Shown: piece by piece, positions 1 through 11,840 of the stretch
How the letters are laid out: each line of letters starts with the position of its first letter
Position numbering within the stretch: position 1 is the stretch's first letter
Source: Paraspadella gotoi
Taxonomy: Eukaryota; Animalia; Chaetognatha
Direction: 5' to 3'
DNA: 64,000 bases
NCBI GenBank assembly: GCA_051294375.1
Contig: JBJCIZ010000028.1
Coordinates: 62,001 to 126,000 of the forward strand
Made by a program: the position numbers and the translations under genes
Notes under the pieces: generated by a model
Databases searched by the model: none
What the model was told of the DNA's origin: nothing
What the model saw: the letters and a program-made list of their open reading frames with translations, nothing else

Positions 1-135
1 GGCAACGATGGAGAAGAGAGAGAGAGAGAAGAACGAGAGAGAAGAGAGAGAGAGAGAGAAATATTTAAATATTGAAAGCAAAAGTGAGTGTTTAAAACTG
101 CCTTTAAAAGCTCGTTTTTGAGAAATAATTTAAAT

Positions 136-185
<50 letters not shown>

Positions 186-251
186 GAAATATTGAAAGCA
201 AAAAGTGTTTAAAACTGCCTTTAAAAGCTACGTTTTTGAGAAATAATTAAT

Positions 252-301
<50 letters not shown>

Positions 302-370
302 GAAATATTGAAAGCAAAAGTGAGTGTTTAAAACTGCCTTTAAAAGCTACGTTTTTTGAGAAATAATTAA

Positions 371-420
<50 letters not shown>

Positions 421-493
421 ATATTGAAATATTGAAAGCAAAAGTGAAGTGTTTAAAACTGCCTTTAAAGCTACGTTTTTGAGAAATAATTAA

Positions 494-549
<56 letters not shown>

Positions 550-780
550 AATATTGAAATATTGAAAGCAAAAGTGAGTGTTTAAAACTGCCTTTAAAAG
601 CTACGTTTTTGAGAAATAATTAAATAGAGAGAGAGAGAGAGAGAGAGATAGAGAGAGAGAGAGAAATATTGAAATATTGAAAGCAAAAGTGAGTGTTTTA
701 AACTGCCTTTAAAAGCTACGTTTTTGAGAAATAATTAAATAGAGAGAGAGAGAGAGAGACTGAGAGAGAGAGAGAGAAAA
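1..780. repeat. Tandem minisatellite, ~120 bp unit (AT-rich core plus (AG)n), about 6 copies
   Basis: Core aaatattgaaatattgaaagcaaaagtgagtgtttaaaactgcctttaaaagctacgtttttgagaaataattaaatag recurs every ~120 bp, separated by AG tracts. Confidence 0.95.
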
Positions 781-1357
781 TTACTTTGTTTTACTTTACT
801 TTGAATTTCCTTTTTGTTTTTTTTTCAATAGTGCCCTATTTAAGGTTTTTATTTTGAATTAGAGCAGATTTTAAATTTAAAGATTCGGATATGGATTAGG
901 TTACGGATTAGGATTAGGATTAGGATTTAGGAATAAGGATTAGGTTACGGATAAGGATTAGGTTAGTTTAAGAATTTTATTAAGTAGGAGTTTGTGTTTA
1001 GTGTTAAGAGTTCGTAAATTAGAGTTTAGGGTTAAGAGATAAAGAATTGGGTTGAGGTTTAAGCTTATGGATTAGGCTTAAAAAATTAGGATTAAGTGTA
1101 AGTTCAAGGATTAGGAAGAGACATTGGGTACTCTCGGAAATAGTGCCCAACGGCAATGACTTCATCCACGGCAACAACAACAACGTCGGAATATGTCGAC
1201 GATATTGCTTAAAAATCTGAAATTCATGTCAAAAAAAGATTTCTTGCTAATTAACGAAAAATATTTTTTTTTCGCTTAATTAATGAAAATATTTAAAGTT
1301 ATCCAGAATTTGGTTATCAAATGAAAGATGTACACAAAATAGTTTAAAAATAGTGAG

Positions 1358-1393
<36 letters not shown>

Positions 1394-1556
1394 TACAGAA
1401 AAAACAAAGAGAAATATAAAGTAGGTTTAAAAAAATGCTTCTGCCAATACATGACCTAGCGAGATTTAAAAAAAACTATAAAAATAAATTTGACTTTTTG
1501 AATATCAACTTGCTTAATCAAGTGCAAAAGTTCATCGGACGCAAATCCCACTCTCT

Positions 1557-1603
<47 letters not shown>

Positions 1604-3985
1604 ACTAGATATCTTGGTATGAAAAAAATCCGAAGAACGAAGCGGTTTCTAATTATTTTTTGAATCAGTTTAGCGCAGTAAGTATTACAAAACCATGATA
1701 GGTTTTGAAACTACAGTGTTTGGCTCTCTTTGGATAGTATCCAAAGAAGCCCGAACAAAGAAAATCCATTAAGTTTTTGACTAAAATACTGAAAATAAAC
1801 TTTAAACTTTTATTATTTTTGCGGTATTTACACGATCATAGCGGTAAGCAGCTTATCAGATAATTAAGTAATTAATAAATTAATTAGTTAATTAATTAAT
1901 TAATTAGTTAATTAATTAATATGAATTTTTTTATTCGTGTCATAATATTTTTCACTTTGTCTCGCAACTCAATCACAAAACAACAAGCTTCGGTTTCTAA
2001 ATTAATAATAAATTAATTCATTAAAAAATAATCAATAATTAATTAATTAATACTAATTTATTTAAAATTAATTAATGCAGCTAGAATTAACATTTAATAC
2101 AAAAAGAAAAAAGCTTAATCAAATAATGAAATATTTTTTTGTTTTTTTCCATTTTAACTCTTTTTAAGGTCCGGGATCACTCAATCAAATTATAATTAGG
2201 CTAAAACTGAGCTCGGATTTCGAAAGGAGAGCTCCTGACGATTCCGAAAATGTATTTACTTTTACTATTTTTTCAAAGGCGTCATCGTTTTTTTCGATTT
2301 TTTTTGTACTATATAAAAAAAAGAACCTATTTGAAGAGTTGCAGCCAAACAGTAAGGCGGTTTCTCATTAAATTTGGCCAATGAAATTACCTTTAAGTCA
2401 CGAACTCCCAATTCTATGAAAAGATATTTTCAAAATTGCCTTCCTTCATATAAAATTTGATTATTTTAAACAATTTTGGGATCAATTCCTTGATATCTTT
2501 GAAATCTCCCCCACCTTTCTTTCTTGCCCAAGATATTTTTTTCTTCAAGAAGAGTCCAACGGTTTGAGCTGCAACTCTTCGTTTTTAACTTCACTTCGTC
2601 AAGAAAGTTAAATTCTGTACTCATTAAACTCATTAAACATCTACATAAAGTAAAAAGGTAAAATTGAAATAAATTCGATAAGTTTTTTAACTCCTAAAAC
2701 TCATAAAAGTATAAAAACCCGTCTGGAAAATGTGTAGTAGTTTATTTTAGACTTATTAGTGATACAACTCCAAGTATGTACTTTTACCAAAGGAGGAATT
2801 AAATATAAGAAGTAGAAATTGAGCTTACTGTTAAGAATCAGGTTTGAGTTAAAAATTTAGTTTGTAGAAATTTAACTTACATATAAAAAATTATTTTTCT
2901 CTTGAAAATCTAGTTTTACCGAAGAAAAAATTATGTTTAAATTTTTATGAACATTTTATTTAGATTTTTAAAGTTTTCGATTATTTTTCAATAGAAAACC
3001 TCTTACAAGATATGAGAAAATGATTAAGATACAGTAAATTAAGATTTCTATAATTTTAGATTGAGTGATCCCTGGCCTTAAACTTGGACGATTCCATCTG
3101 ATTTTCCTGCTCACACAACATTCTCCTTCCCACATACAAAATTTGAAGTCGATCTGCTAATCCACTCATTAGTAATTGGCGTTCAGAGCTTAAGAGGGAT
3201 GGACGGACGGAACGTACAGACAGACAGAAAGATTTATCATTGTGTCGTTTGATTGAAGAATTTTTAAAATCAAACTTATAATAATTAATTAACAGGACAT
3301 ACCGAAAAGATTTTGGGGTGGACCCACGGACCGAGAAAGTGGATTATAGAGCCGGAATCAGTTGTAAGCAGATCCGGCTAAAAAAAAAAAAAAATAGCAA
3401 TTAATCCAAATTTTTGTCTCAAAATTTATTCATCATTTTTTGTTTCTTACTGTTTTTGCCAAACATGCTCTTTAAAATTATATAAATAAGATTAACTAAT
3501 GAAACTACACAATGTCTTATGGTTACATTTTNNNNNNNNNNNNNNNNNNNNNNNNNTCGTCGACATATTCCGACGTTGTTGTTGTTGCCGTGGATGAAGT
3601 CATTGCCGTTGGGCACTATTTTCCGAGAGTACCCAATGTCTCTTCCTAATCCTTGAACTTACACTTAATCCTAATTTTTTAAGCCTAATCCATAAGCTTA
3701 AACCTCAACCCAATTCTTTATCTCTTAACCCTAAACTCTAATTTACGAAACTCTTAACACTAAACAAAACTCCTACTTAATAAAATTCTTAAACTAACCT
3801 AATCCCTTATCCGTAACCTAATCCTTATTCCTAATCCTAATCCCTAATCCTAATCCGTAACCTAATCCATATCCGTAATCTTTAAATTTAAAATCTGCTC
3901 TAATTCAAAATAAAACCTTAAATAGGGCACTTTTTGAAAAAAAAACAAAAAAGGAAATTAGAGTAGAGTAGAGTAAACAAAGTAA

Positions 3986-4070
<85 letters not shown>
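745..4070. repeat. Inverted duplication: ~745-1202 and ~3557-4070
   Basis: tagtgcccaacggcaatgacttcatccacggcaacaac...gtcgacga (1141-1202) is the reverse complement of 3557-3620; identity continues through the degenerate TTAGG tract to the AG/CT tract; the second arm starts exactly at a 25-N gap. Confidence 0.9.
3110..3385 (-). mobile_element. Helentron-associated (HINE/DINE-1-like) non-autonomous element fragment
   Basis: Homologous to 5230-5463; ggacggacgg/acagacagac microsatellite; terminal hairpin agccggaatcagttgtaagcagatccggct next to an A-run; the matching other-end motif cgatcatagcggtaagcagct lies at ~1832. Confidence 0.6.
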
Positions 4071-4072
<2 letters not shown>

Positions 4073-4754
4073 CTCAAACCAGTTGGACGACGGAAATCCC
4101 AATGAGTCGAGACCCAAGTTCCTTGTCAACCTTGAATCTTCCAAATTCCCCCCCCNNNNNNNNNNNNNNNNNNNNNNNNNNNNNNNNNNNNNNNNNNNNN
4201 NNNNNNNNNNNNNNNNNNNNNNNNNNNNNNNNNNNNNNNNNNNNNNNNNNNNNNNNNNNNNNNNNNNNNNNNNNNNNNNNNNNNNNNNNNNNNNNNNNNN
4301 NNNNNNNNNNNNNNNNNNNNNNNNNNNNNNNNNNNNNNNNNNNNNNNNNNNNNAAAATAAATGAATAAATTCTTGCTTTATCAATGTACTACATTTTAAG
4401 AAAAAAAAGCCACACCTAAGCTTAGAAATGCAAGCATTGGCAAAGTATAGAAAACAAGATGCTACATGAGTAACTGAGTGAGAGTGAGTAAAAGCAAGAG
4501 AGAAATATGACGCTAGTTCAGAATATAAAATAGTATTCCCGGATTTAATACTTAAGGATTTAATACCTTTAATACATAAAGAGGGCTCCTTTTAATACTT
4601 AAGGAGGGGTCCTTTTAATACTTAAGGATGAGTCCTTTTATACAATTGAATTAGTTTATAAAACATTCAACTTAATCGATAGGCTCTCTAAAAGTTAATA
4701 CGCTAGACTGTGTCTTGATTGAAATCTATGTTATTATCTGGTGAAGAGACAGTA

Positions 4755-4985
4755 ATTATTGTTATGTGTTAGTGACAGAACCGTTCAATATAAGCAGTCC
4801 CTGAGCTTCGGATCAGGCTGTAACACCGTGTTACAGGCGGGTTAAGCGCCCCGTCCCTCTTAACTGCTAGGCAACCACCGGGCTAGAACTCCGGACCTTT
4901 GGGTTGGGAGGCGAATGACTTGCCTCCGGCCCAATGGCCGCTGATGAACGGTTGGTGGATTTTAGTCCACCATACTGGTTACATT
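4755..4985 (-). mobile_element. tRNA-derived (Gly-CCC-like) SINE-like repeat
   Basis: Minus strand gcggccattgggccggaggcaagtcattcgcctcccaacccaaaggtccggagttctagcccggtggttgcc has A-box-like and B-box-like motifs; second diverged copy at 44061-44260 on +. Confidence 0.7.
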
Positions 4986-5087
4986 ATCAGTAGCCTGTTA
5001 AAAGTAAGGGGCAAGAAAGCTTAGGTATTCATTGAATGTATGAATATAAATTTGTATTGGTTGTATCAATTTTATATATATTCTAAA

Positions 5088-5463
5088 CATTCGTCCTTGT
5101 CCGTTTTCTGAGACAAAGCACGAGTTCTTTCCCAGACATTTTCAAAAAAAGTTTTAGCAAACAATGTCGGATCTGCCCATGATCGTTAGCGGTAAGCAGC
5201 TAGGTAAATTAATTAATTAATGCAGCACTTCTTTATCCACGTGCAAAATTTCAAGTAAATCGCTCTATTCACTCATGAGTATTAAGCGTACAAAACTAAG
5301 GTGAGAGGGACAGAGGGAAATAAATTTATTGGCATAATTTATTATAATCCGATGTTCGGACATGATGTAAGTGACTTACTGACAAGATTTTGGGGGTGAA
5401 CCGACGGACCGATAAAGTGAATTGTAGAGTCGGAATCTGCTGGTAAGCAGATCCGACTAAAAA
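5088..5463 (-). mobile_element. Complete HINE-like non-autonomous Helentron element
   Basis: Subterminal inverted repeat gtcggatctgc (~5167) / gcagatccgac (~5447), hairpin agtcggaatctgctggtaagcagatccgact at one end, distal hairpin tcgtccttgtcc...agacaaagcacga (~5091-5123), T-run on minus strand at the 5' end. Confidence 0.65.
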
Positions 5464-5762
5464 GGCAGCGGACATGAGATCATGCGGAAAAAAAATGCGG
5501 CAGGAGCAGCAGGAGCACGTGTCGGGAGCTGATTCAAAGCACCGTGACCGAGAAAATCTTGTTTCTCTCGGCTGACTGAGTCAGAACTTAAATGGTATCC
5601 CACAAAATTTAAGATTGAAAAAATATCTATGAAGTATGCTGCTAAACAATCCCATTTTTTATTAGTATTAGCAGTATAATATTTAATAAAACAAATTCCT
5701 CATCGATTAAGCCTATTATTGGCCAAAAACATTTCAAAATAAAATTCAAAAATCATTCTAAA

Positions 5763-8700
5763 ATGTCATTGTTTATAATTAAACTCCTCTTGGCAATTAT
5801 CGTTATAAAGGAAGTTAATTCAGAACTTCATTTGGAAGATATTAAGCAAACAATTTTAAATAAAATTAAAGTTTTTAACTTGGAGGAAACAAGGTAATAT
5901 TTGGTGGTGTTTGTAAAATTTCTTGTTTGTAATAATATTTACCAAATAGTTTCTATTAAATTGAAAAAAAATTATAATCTTTATTGTTTCTCTTGATACA
6001 ATTTTTTAAAAATCCTCTCAGCATAATGTTAAGCTGTCACTTTGTGTTCAAGTTGTTTTTTTTATTAGTTTGACATGTTGTAATTGTTGAATGTACTGTT
6101 TCAACAGACAATTCAATTTTGGCCCGCCTTAATACGTAATTACCTAAAAAGTATTTCTATAACTGGATTTTTATAACTAGATCCGATTAATTTCCAAGCA
6201 GAAAGTTTTAGCAGCGTCCTGAGAATAGTTTCATCTTCATAACCTTCAACAATGGCATTCGTAAAATATTTGGCTGGAACAGATGGGAAAGTGTCCGCCA
6301 ATTGAGAGAATGTTTTGGTTACCCTGATATTTACACGATTTTTCAAAGCAGTCATGAACGATCTACAAAGAAATTAGTTTTAACGAAAAATAATGTGCTA
6401 ATTTATTTGAATAATAACTTTGAAATACTCTCATAGAGTATCATTATTGTTAACGTTTGTTTTCGTTTTACTTTTCTGTTTGGGGAGGGTTAGACTTAAT
6501 TTAATTGTGTTGATGTGTGTCACTGTATTAAATTCTTGATATGAAATCAACTACTATTCATTATATTTTTAAATTGATTCTTTTAATACAAATTATGTTC
6601 CATTTAGGCTCCATAATCGAGATACTATAAGACATTTGGACAAAAGCGATTGTCAGATAAGCTGCCAATATAATCCTGAAATAATACTTGGAAAATTCCC
6701 ATTAGACACGTGGATATGCGGATGGAAAAACAAAAATTTTGTGCAATACTCACGCAAAAAAGGTATCCATGGATTAAAACACTGTATTTGTATGCATTAT
6801 GTAACTATGAATTGCTAGACATTTAGGAGGCAAAATTTTCAATTACAGAGCATGTTTCCTCTGATTGTACTTTATCTGTGATCAGCTGACTTCACAAGCT
6901 AAAATTATCATCTGAGTTGAGTCCTTTTAAAACGTCTCACATACAGATCAAACAAAAAAATACTAAAAGAAAGTAGGTCTGTTTGCATTTCCAATGTGTA
7001 TTTTTGTATTTAACTATAGATGATATGAATAATCAAAATGTGATATATTTATCTCAACGATTTGAAAAAAATACTTGGTGCAAAAAGTTTTTTGAAGGTT
7101 TATTATTATTAATTTATTTATTTATTAATTATTTATTATTATTATTATTAATATTATTATTATCATTATTATTTATTAATATTTATTTACTCATAAAAAT
7201 AATTCATTTATCAGGATGCACAAAACTTACAAAAGTAATGATGAACAACGTGACAACCGCCGATGGAATTAAACTGAATCGAGTGAAAAACATTTCTAAA
7301 ACATTGATTTTTGCAAACTTGGGAATAAAAAACATAGAAGACAATTTTTTGAAAGATTATAAGGAGTTGAAGGGACTAATTTTAATACGCAATAATATTA
7401 CGGAATTGCCCGAAAATGTTTTTTTTTCCCAAAAATTAATGATTTTAATTTTATTAGAAAATGGCGTAAACGGTATTTCTGAATCTGCTTTTAAAGACTT
7501 ACGATTTTTAAATGTACTAATTATGCGGGAAAACTTGACTATTAATATCACAGACAAGACTTTCGAGGATATGATTTCCCTTTATTATTTAGATTTAGGA
7601 GGAAACTACAAAATTGATATTTCTAACAATGCATTAAAAAATACACTTGTAGAGTTTATAAATTTGACTGGAAACGGTCTCACAAAATTTAATACATACA
7701 TCTCGAGACTTCCAAGGATGATAGCTAAAAGAATTTATCTGAATGATAATTCAATTAAAATAATCAATTTGACATCACCTGTCAATATCGATAAATTTGA
7801 AATAGAAAATAATTTAATTTCTGAACTTAATGAAACTACCTTTTCTAGTTTTACTGGGACTCATACTCTAAAAGTAAAAGGAAATCCCATAAAACGTGTG
7901 GGAAAAAATGCGTTTGGATTAATAAACAGTGAAAAAACTAAAGTTATTTCATTTGGTTGTGATCCAAATTATGTTGGAAAGATAAAAATGCATGTTGACA
8001 AAAATGCTTTTAGCAATGTTTTTGACATATCTTCTCTTTCGATAGAGGGATGCTTATATAAAATAGAAAATTTTACATTTTATAACAAATCTATTTCCAG
8101 ATTAATAATAACGAAAAATTTACACCTCAAGTTCATTCAAAAACAAGCATTTAGCGGAATGTATAATACTTTTTTATTAGATTTAAGCTTTAATTCGATA
8201 GTAAGTATTGAAGATAATGCTTTTAAAAACTTGGAAGTCTTAAATACATTAATTTTAAACAACAATAAGTTAAAAACTTTACCCCAAAATATATTTTTTT
8301 CTCTTAAACATTTGCGTACACTCCAAGTTGAAAATAACCGCCTTGGAAATTTACCAGTTATGTTAGTAAGTCGGAACTTTTACTTAAAAAATTTGTTCTT
8401 ATCAAATAATTTTATCACTGCATTCAAAAAAGAATTTTTTAACAATAGTAAAAATATAATTCACTTCAGTATGAGTAAAAATTTAATTAGTAACTTGCCT
8501 GTTGATTGGATGTCTCCCTTATTGAACCTCAAAATCTTAAATATATCAAATAATAAATTTACTAAGTTATCAAATATAAATCTAAAATTAACCAATTTGA
8601 AGATTTTAGACATAAGTGATAACAGAATAAAACATGTTCAAAAAAATACTCTTAAGTCGGACACATTAAAACATTTATCTTTAAAGGGAAATAATTTGGA

Positions 8701-11281
8701 GAAATATGCAATTCAAGATTTAAATCTAGAGTTTATTGATTTAAGTTATAATAACATATCATACGTCAATAATTTTTTTTATGATGGTTCAAATTTTGGT
8801 TGTTCAAATAGACTACATGTTTTATTAAACAATAACAATATTAAAAAAGTTTCTAGTTATGAATTATTTGGTCTTAAATGTGATTTATATATGTATTTAA
8901 GCAATAACTTTCTCTCAGATATACTTTTTTTAGATGTGAGTAGATTAACAAGACTTCCAAAATTAGTTGACTTGACTAACAATAGCTTTGTTTCCTTATC
9001 CAAAGTCAGTTCTGATACGATTAATCAAATTGATACTGTATATTTACAAAAAAATGCATGGACTTGCAATTGTGAAAATATCGAACTAATGTACTTTTTG
9101 TTAAAACGAAATATCATAGCATGCTGTCCTCATCAGTGCAAATGCTCTTTACTCGATGAATGGAATACAAAACTAATTGTAAATTGTAGGGACAGTCAAC
9201 AAACTGATTTACCACCTTGCATTCCATTTTCTAATTCGGTTTTAGATTATTCAAATAGTAAGCTTTCAACATTTGAAATTTCTAACAGTCTTCATAATGT
9301 TATTAATCTTAATTTAACGAATAATACTATTTCTAGTTTCAGTAATTTATCCACTGTTACTTTTTTAAAACATTTACAAGTTATAGATTTGAGTTTTAAT
9401 AACTTTTCATCTTTACCATCAGAAATTCGTAATCTAAAGGATACAAAAATTATTATCAATAACAATCAGTTTGACTGTACTGACTGTTCTTTAGTTTATT
9501 ATCTCTTCAATTTACATAAAAAAACAACCCAGGTTATATTATGTAAAAACACGAATATAGAAAAGGCCAATTATCAATGTTGGTTAAAACAAACAGTTTT
9601 GCCTTACACACTACTAGTAATTATTATAATCTTTTTGCTCATGATGATTTTTTGGGTTATCAAGATTATTTTCCTCAAATATCTAAAAAAAAAGTATCCA
9701 AGTGAACACAATTATTCTACATCATTGAAAAAACGTTATGACTGTGAGAGAAAATTACTTTCTCAATTTAATCATCAAAATGTGTTAAAAATGCTTGCAC
9801 ATTTTTATACTTGGGACCCATATAATAGATTTAAAGGGTATTTCTTCTTTGAAGCAACAAATGTCAGCCTCATAGAATTTTTGCACTCTTCGCAACCTTT
9901 GAAAACAGAACTTAACTTTTATGAAACTAAAATAGAATTTATTAAACATCTGATGATAGCAATAAGTTACCTTCACAGTCAGAAACCTCCTATTTGCCAC
10001 AAACAAATTAAAGTTCAAAATTTACACGTTAAAATGCAGAGTAAAGACGTCCTCTTGAAGCTTTGCAATTTTTCTCAAGCTCAATTTGTTTCATTGGCGC
10101 CATCTTCCTTGGCAATGGATTCTAGAGAAATAAGAGAAGATTTGATCGCTTCTAGTACAGTCATTCAGGCCATTATGACTAGAACAGCTGACAGTTCTGC
10201 CGAATCACTTCCCGTAAAACCCGTAGAAATCGGCATCCTAATAAAATGCCTGAAAGAGAGCAAGCTGTCTGCCAACGAGGCTCTGCGCTGTCCGGCTTTG
10301 GCGAGCGTGTCATCTAAAATTTTGGACGTGGGTCTCCTCAACGAGCTAATGATCGAAGGGCTCGAGAAAGACGCGCTCCGAGAGGCCGAATCCCGTGCTG
10401 AATTAATAATTGGTGAGCAAGGGGCTTGGCACAATCTTGTCGACCGTCGTCTCTTGCGGGTTTTCGCAATTCGTGGACGTGGGTATTGCGTCGCAAGCTT
10501 TTCTAGTCTCCTACGATTTTTGCGCAACATCTTGCACCACGCACACAGACGTGAATACTACGATTTGTTTCAGGAAATCTGTAAAACTAGTCCCTTGGAC
10601 CCCACGCCAGCCGATATCTTTTTATACTTGACTAGAATATTTCCATTCTTTTACTGCCATTCTCTTTCCGTTTTAGCGAAGCTGGGTCGAACTGATTTTT
10701 CTATAGACATTTTTCTGTCCACGTACATTGACTATGAATCTGAAGTTCATGTCGTCGATACGCCATTGTTTAAAGAGCTACAAAGTTCATCTTTTGTCAG
10801 TGTCAAGGTATATAAGCTAAATGAGAGCGCGAGCCCCTCTTCATTCACATTAGATTTTCCCGAAGCATTTACTGTAATTCCTTCAAGCCTCCTGAGACAA
10901 AAACTCATTGAGCTTTGTAACCTAGTCCTTCCAGATGCTCCGCTCGACAAAATTCTAATCAAAAATCCAGAATTGAGCACAAATTTTGCCTCTTTGGCGA
11001 ATGAGACAAAGAACTTGCCACCTGTCTTGGAGGGAGGAACTTTGATGGTGAGCAAAATGGAAGCCCGAGTCCGGGATTCGGACGCGGGCGACGTTCAAGT
11101 GATTGAGTTTAAAGAAAACTACAATGTGATGGCGCTTGCAGGTCAGGTTGCTAAGAGGAAAGGGAGAAAGGTTTTCGAGATGATTGCTTTTTTAAATGGA
11201 TCTCAGATTCAATTGAAAACGAAGATTGTAGAAACGCCGTTTGAAGATCAGGTGTTTGAAATCCGTCCCTTTCTAAAGTAG
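5763..11281 (+). CDS. Toll-type LRR receptor fused to RNase L/IRE1-like pseudokinase-KEN ribonuclease and ubiquitin-like tail; exons 5763-5893, 6608-6762, 7020-7097, 7215-11281
   Basis: GT-AG introns with compatible phases (2,1,1); exon 1 gives signal peptide MSLFIIKLLLAIIVIKEVNS; many LxxLxLxxN LRRs; LRRCT NAWTCNCE then LRRNT CPHQCKC, short LRR block, second LRRCT NQFDCTDC; TM ~9593-9680; kinase-like HQNVL...YLHSQKPPICHKQIKVQNL...LKLCNFS; KEN motif W..LVD...YCVASFSSLLRFLRNILHH...YLTRIFP. Confidence 0.9.
6144..6362 (-). CDS. Putative antisense internal coding exon nested in intron 1 of the receptor gene; product unknown
   Basis: Minus strand tttgtag| acceptor and |gtaatt donor bound a 219-nt open, symmetric phase 2-2 exon (SFMTALKNRVNIRVTKTFSQLADTFPSVPAKYF...). 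Confidence 0.45.
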
Positions 11282-11526
11282 CAATGCGGGCCCAAATTTA
11301 TCCATTTCTCTTTGAAACAAGTTCAAGAAAGAAAGTTTGAAAATTAGGGGAAAAGGATTTTAAAAGGTACAGATTTTTATTTTTGTTAGTGATTTTGTTT
11401 AACTGTCGCTTTGTTGCTGCTAACAATAAACATGAATTGAATTTTTTATTTTTTTGTATTTTTGTATTTGTATTTTTTTAGCTCTGAATTAAGTAAAGTA
11501 TTTTGAACAATTTAAACAACGCAAAC

Positions 11527-11840
11527 AAATGTAAATATTGTAAATGCAATTGGCTTTCTTATCTGGTCATTTTTTTTTGCTTTTTGATAATCAACACTGT
11601 GTTAATTATATTTTTTAAATGTAAATATTGTAAATGCAATTGGCTTTCTTATCTGGTCATTTTTTTTGTTTTTGATAATCAGCACTGTGTTAATTATATT
11701 TTTTTTCTGGTCTTTTTTTTTGATAATCAATACTGTGTTAATTATATTTTTTAAATGTAAATATTGTAAATGCAATTGGCTTTCTTATCTGGTCATTTTT
11801 TTTTGTTTTTGATAATTAACTCTGTGTTAATTATATTTTT
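11527..11840. repeat. Tandem repeat, ~90 bp unit, 3-4 copies, downstream of the receptor gene
   Basis: aaatgtaaatattgtaaatgcaattggcttttcttatctggtcattttt...gataatcaacactgtgttaattatattttt repeated. Confidence 0.9.

Noticed and set aside
2391-2640. Minus-strand exon-like segment with AG/GT boundaries
   Set aside because: All frames I read contain stops; at best a degraded exon
745-4070. Inverted arms as TIRs of a DNA transposon
   Set aside because: No transposase between them, and the second arm begins exactly at a 25-N gap, favouring an assembly artefact
4870-4945. Functional tRNA-Gly gene
   Set aside because: Stems and B-box are imperfect, and it is embedded in a longer dispersed repeat with a diverged second copy
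6983-7214. ORF-track N-terminus of the 1432-aa protein with an N-terminal TM
   Set aside because: The TTG start lies in an intron and the hydrophobic run is a TTA-repeat intron; upstream exons give a proper signal peptide
9730-10690. Calling the gene IRE1, RNASEL or an active LRR receptor kinase
   Set aside because: No IRE1 luminal domain or ankyrin repeats; the catalytic HRD/DFG residues and the G-loop are missing
10165-11055. Antisense and alternative-frame ORFs over the KEN/Ubl region
   Set aside because: Shadows of the GC-richer sense coding sequence; no independent motifs or splice signals
6115-11300. Short inverted motif (aattttggcccgc / gcgggcccaaattt) bracketing most of the receptor gene
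   Set aside because: Only ~13 bp, imperfect and with no TSD; compatible with chance
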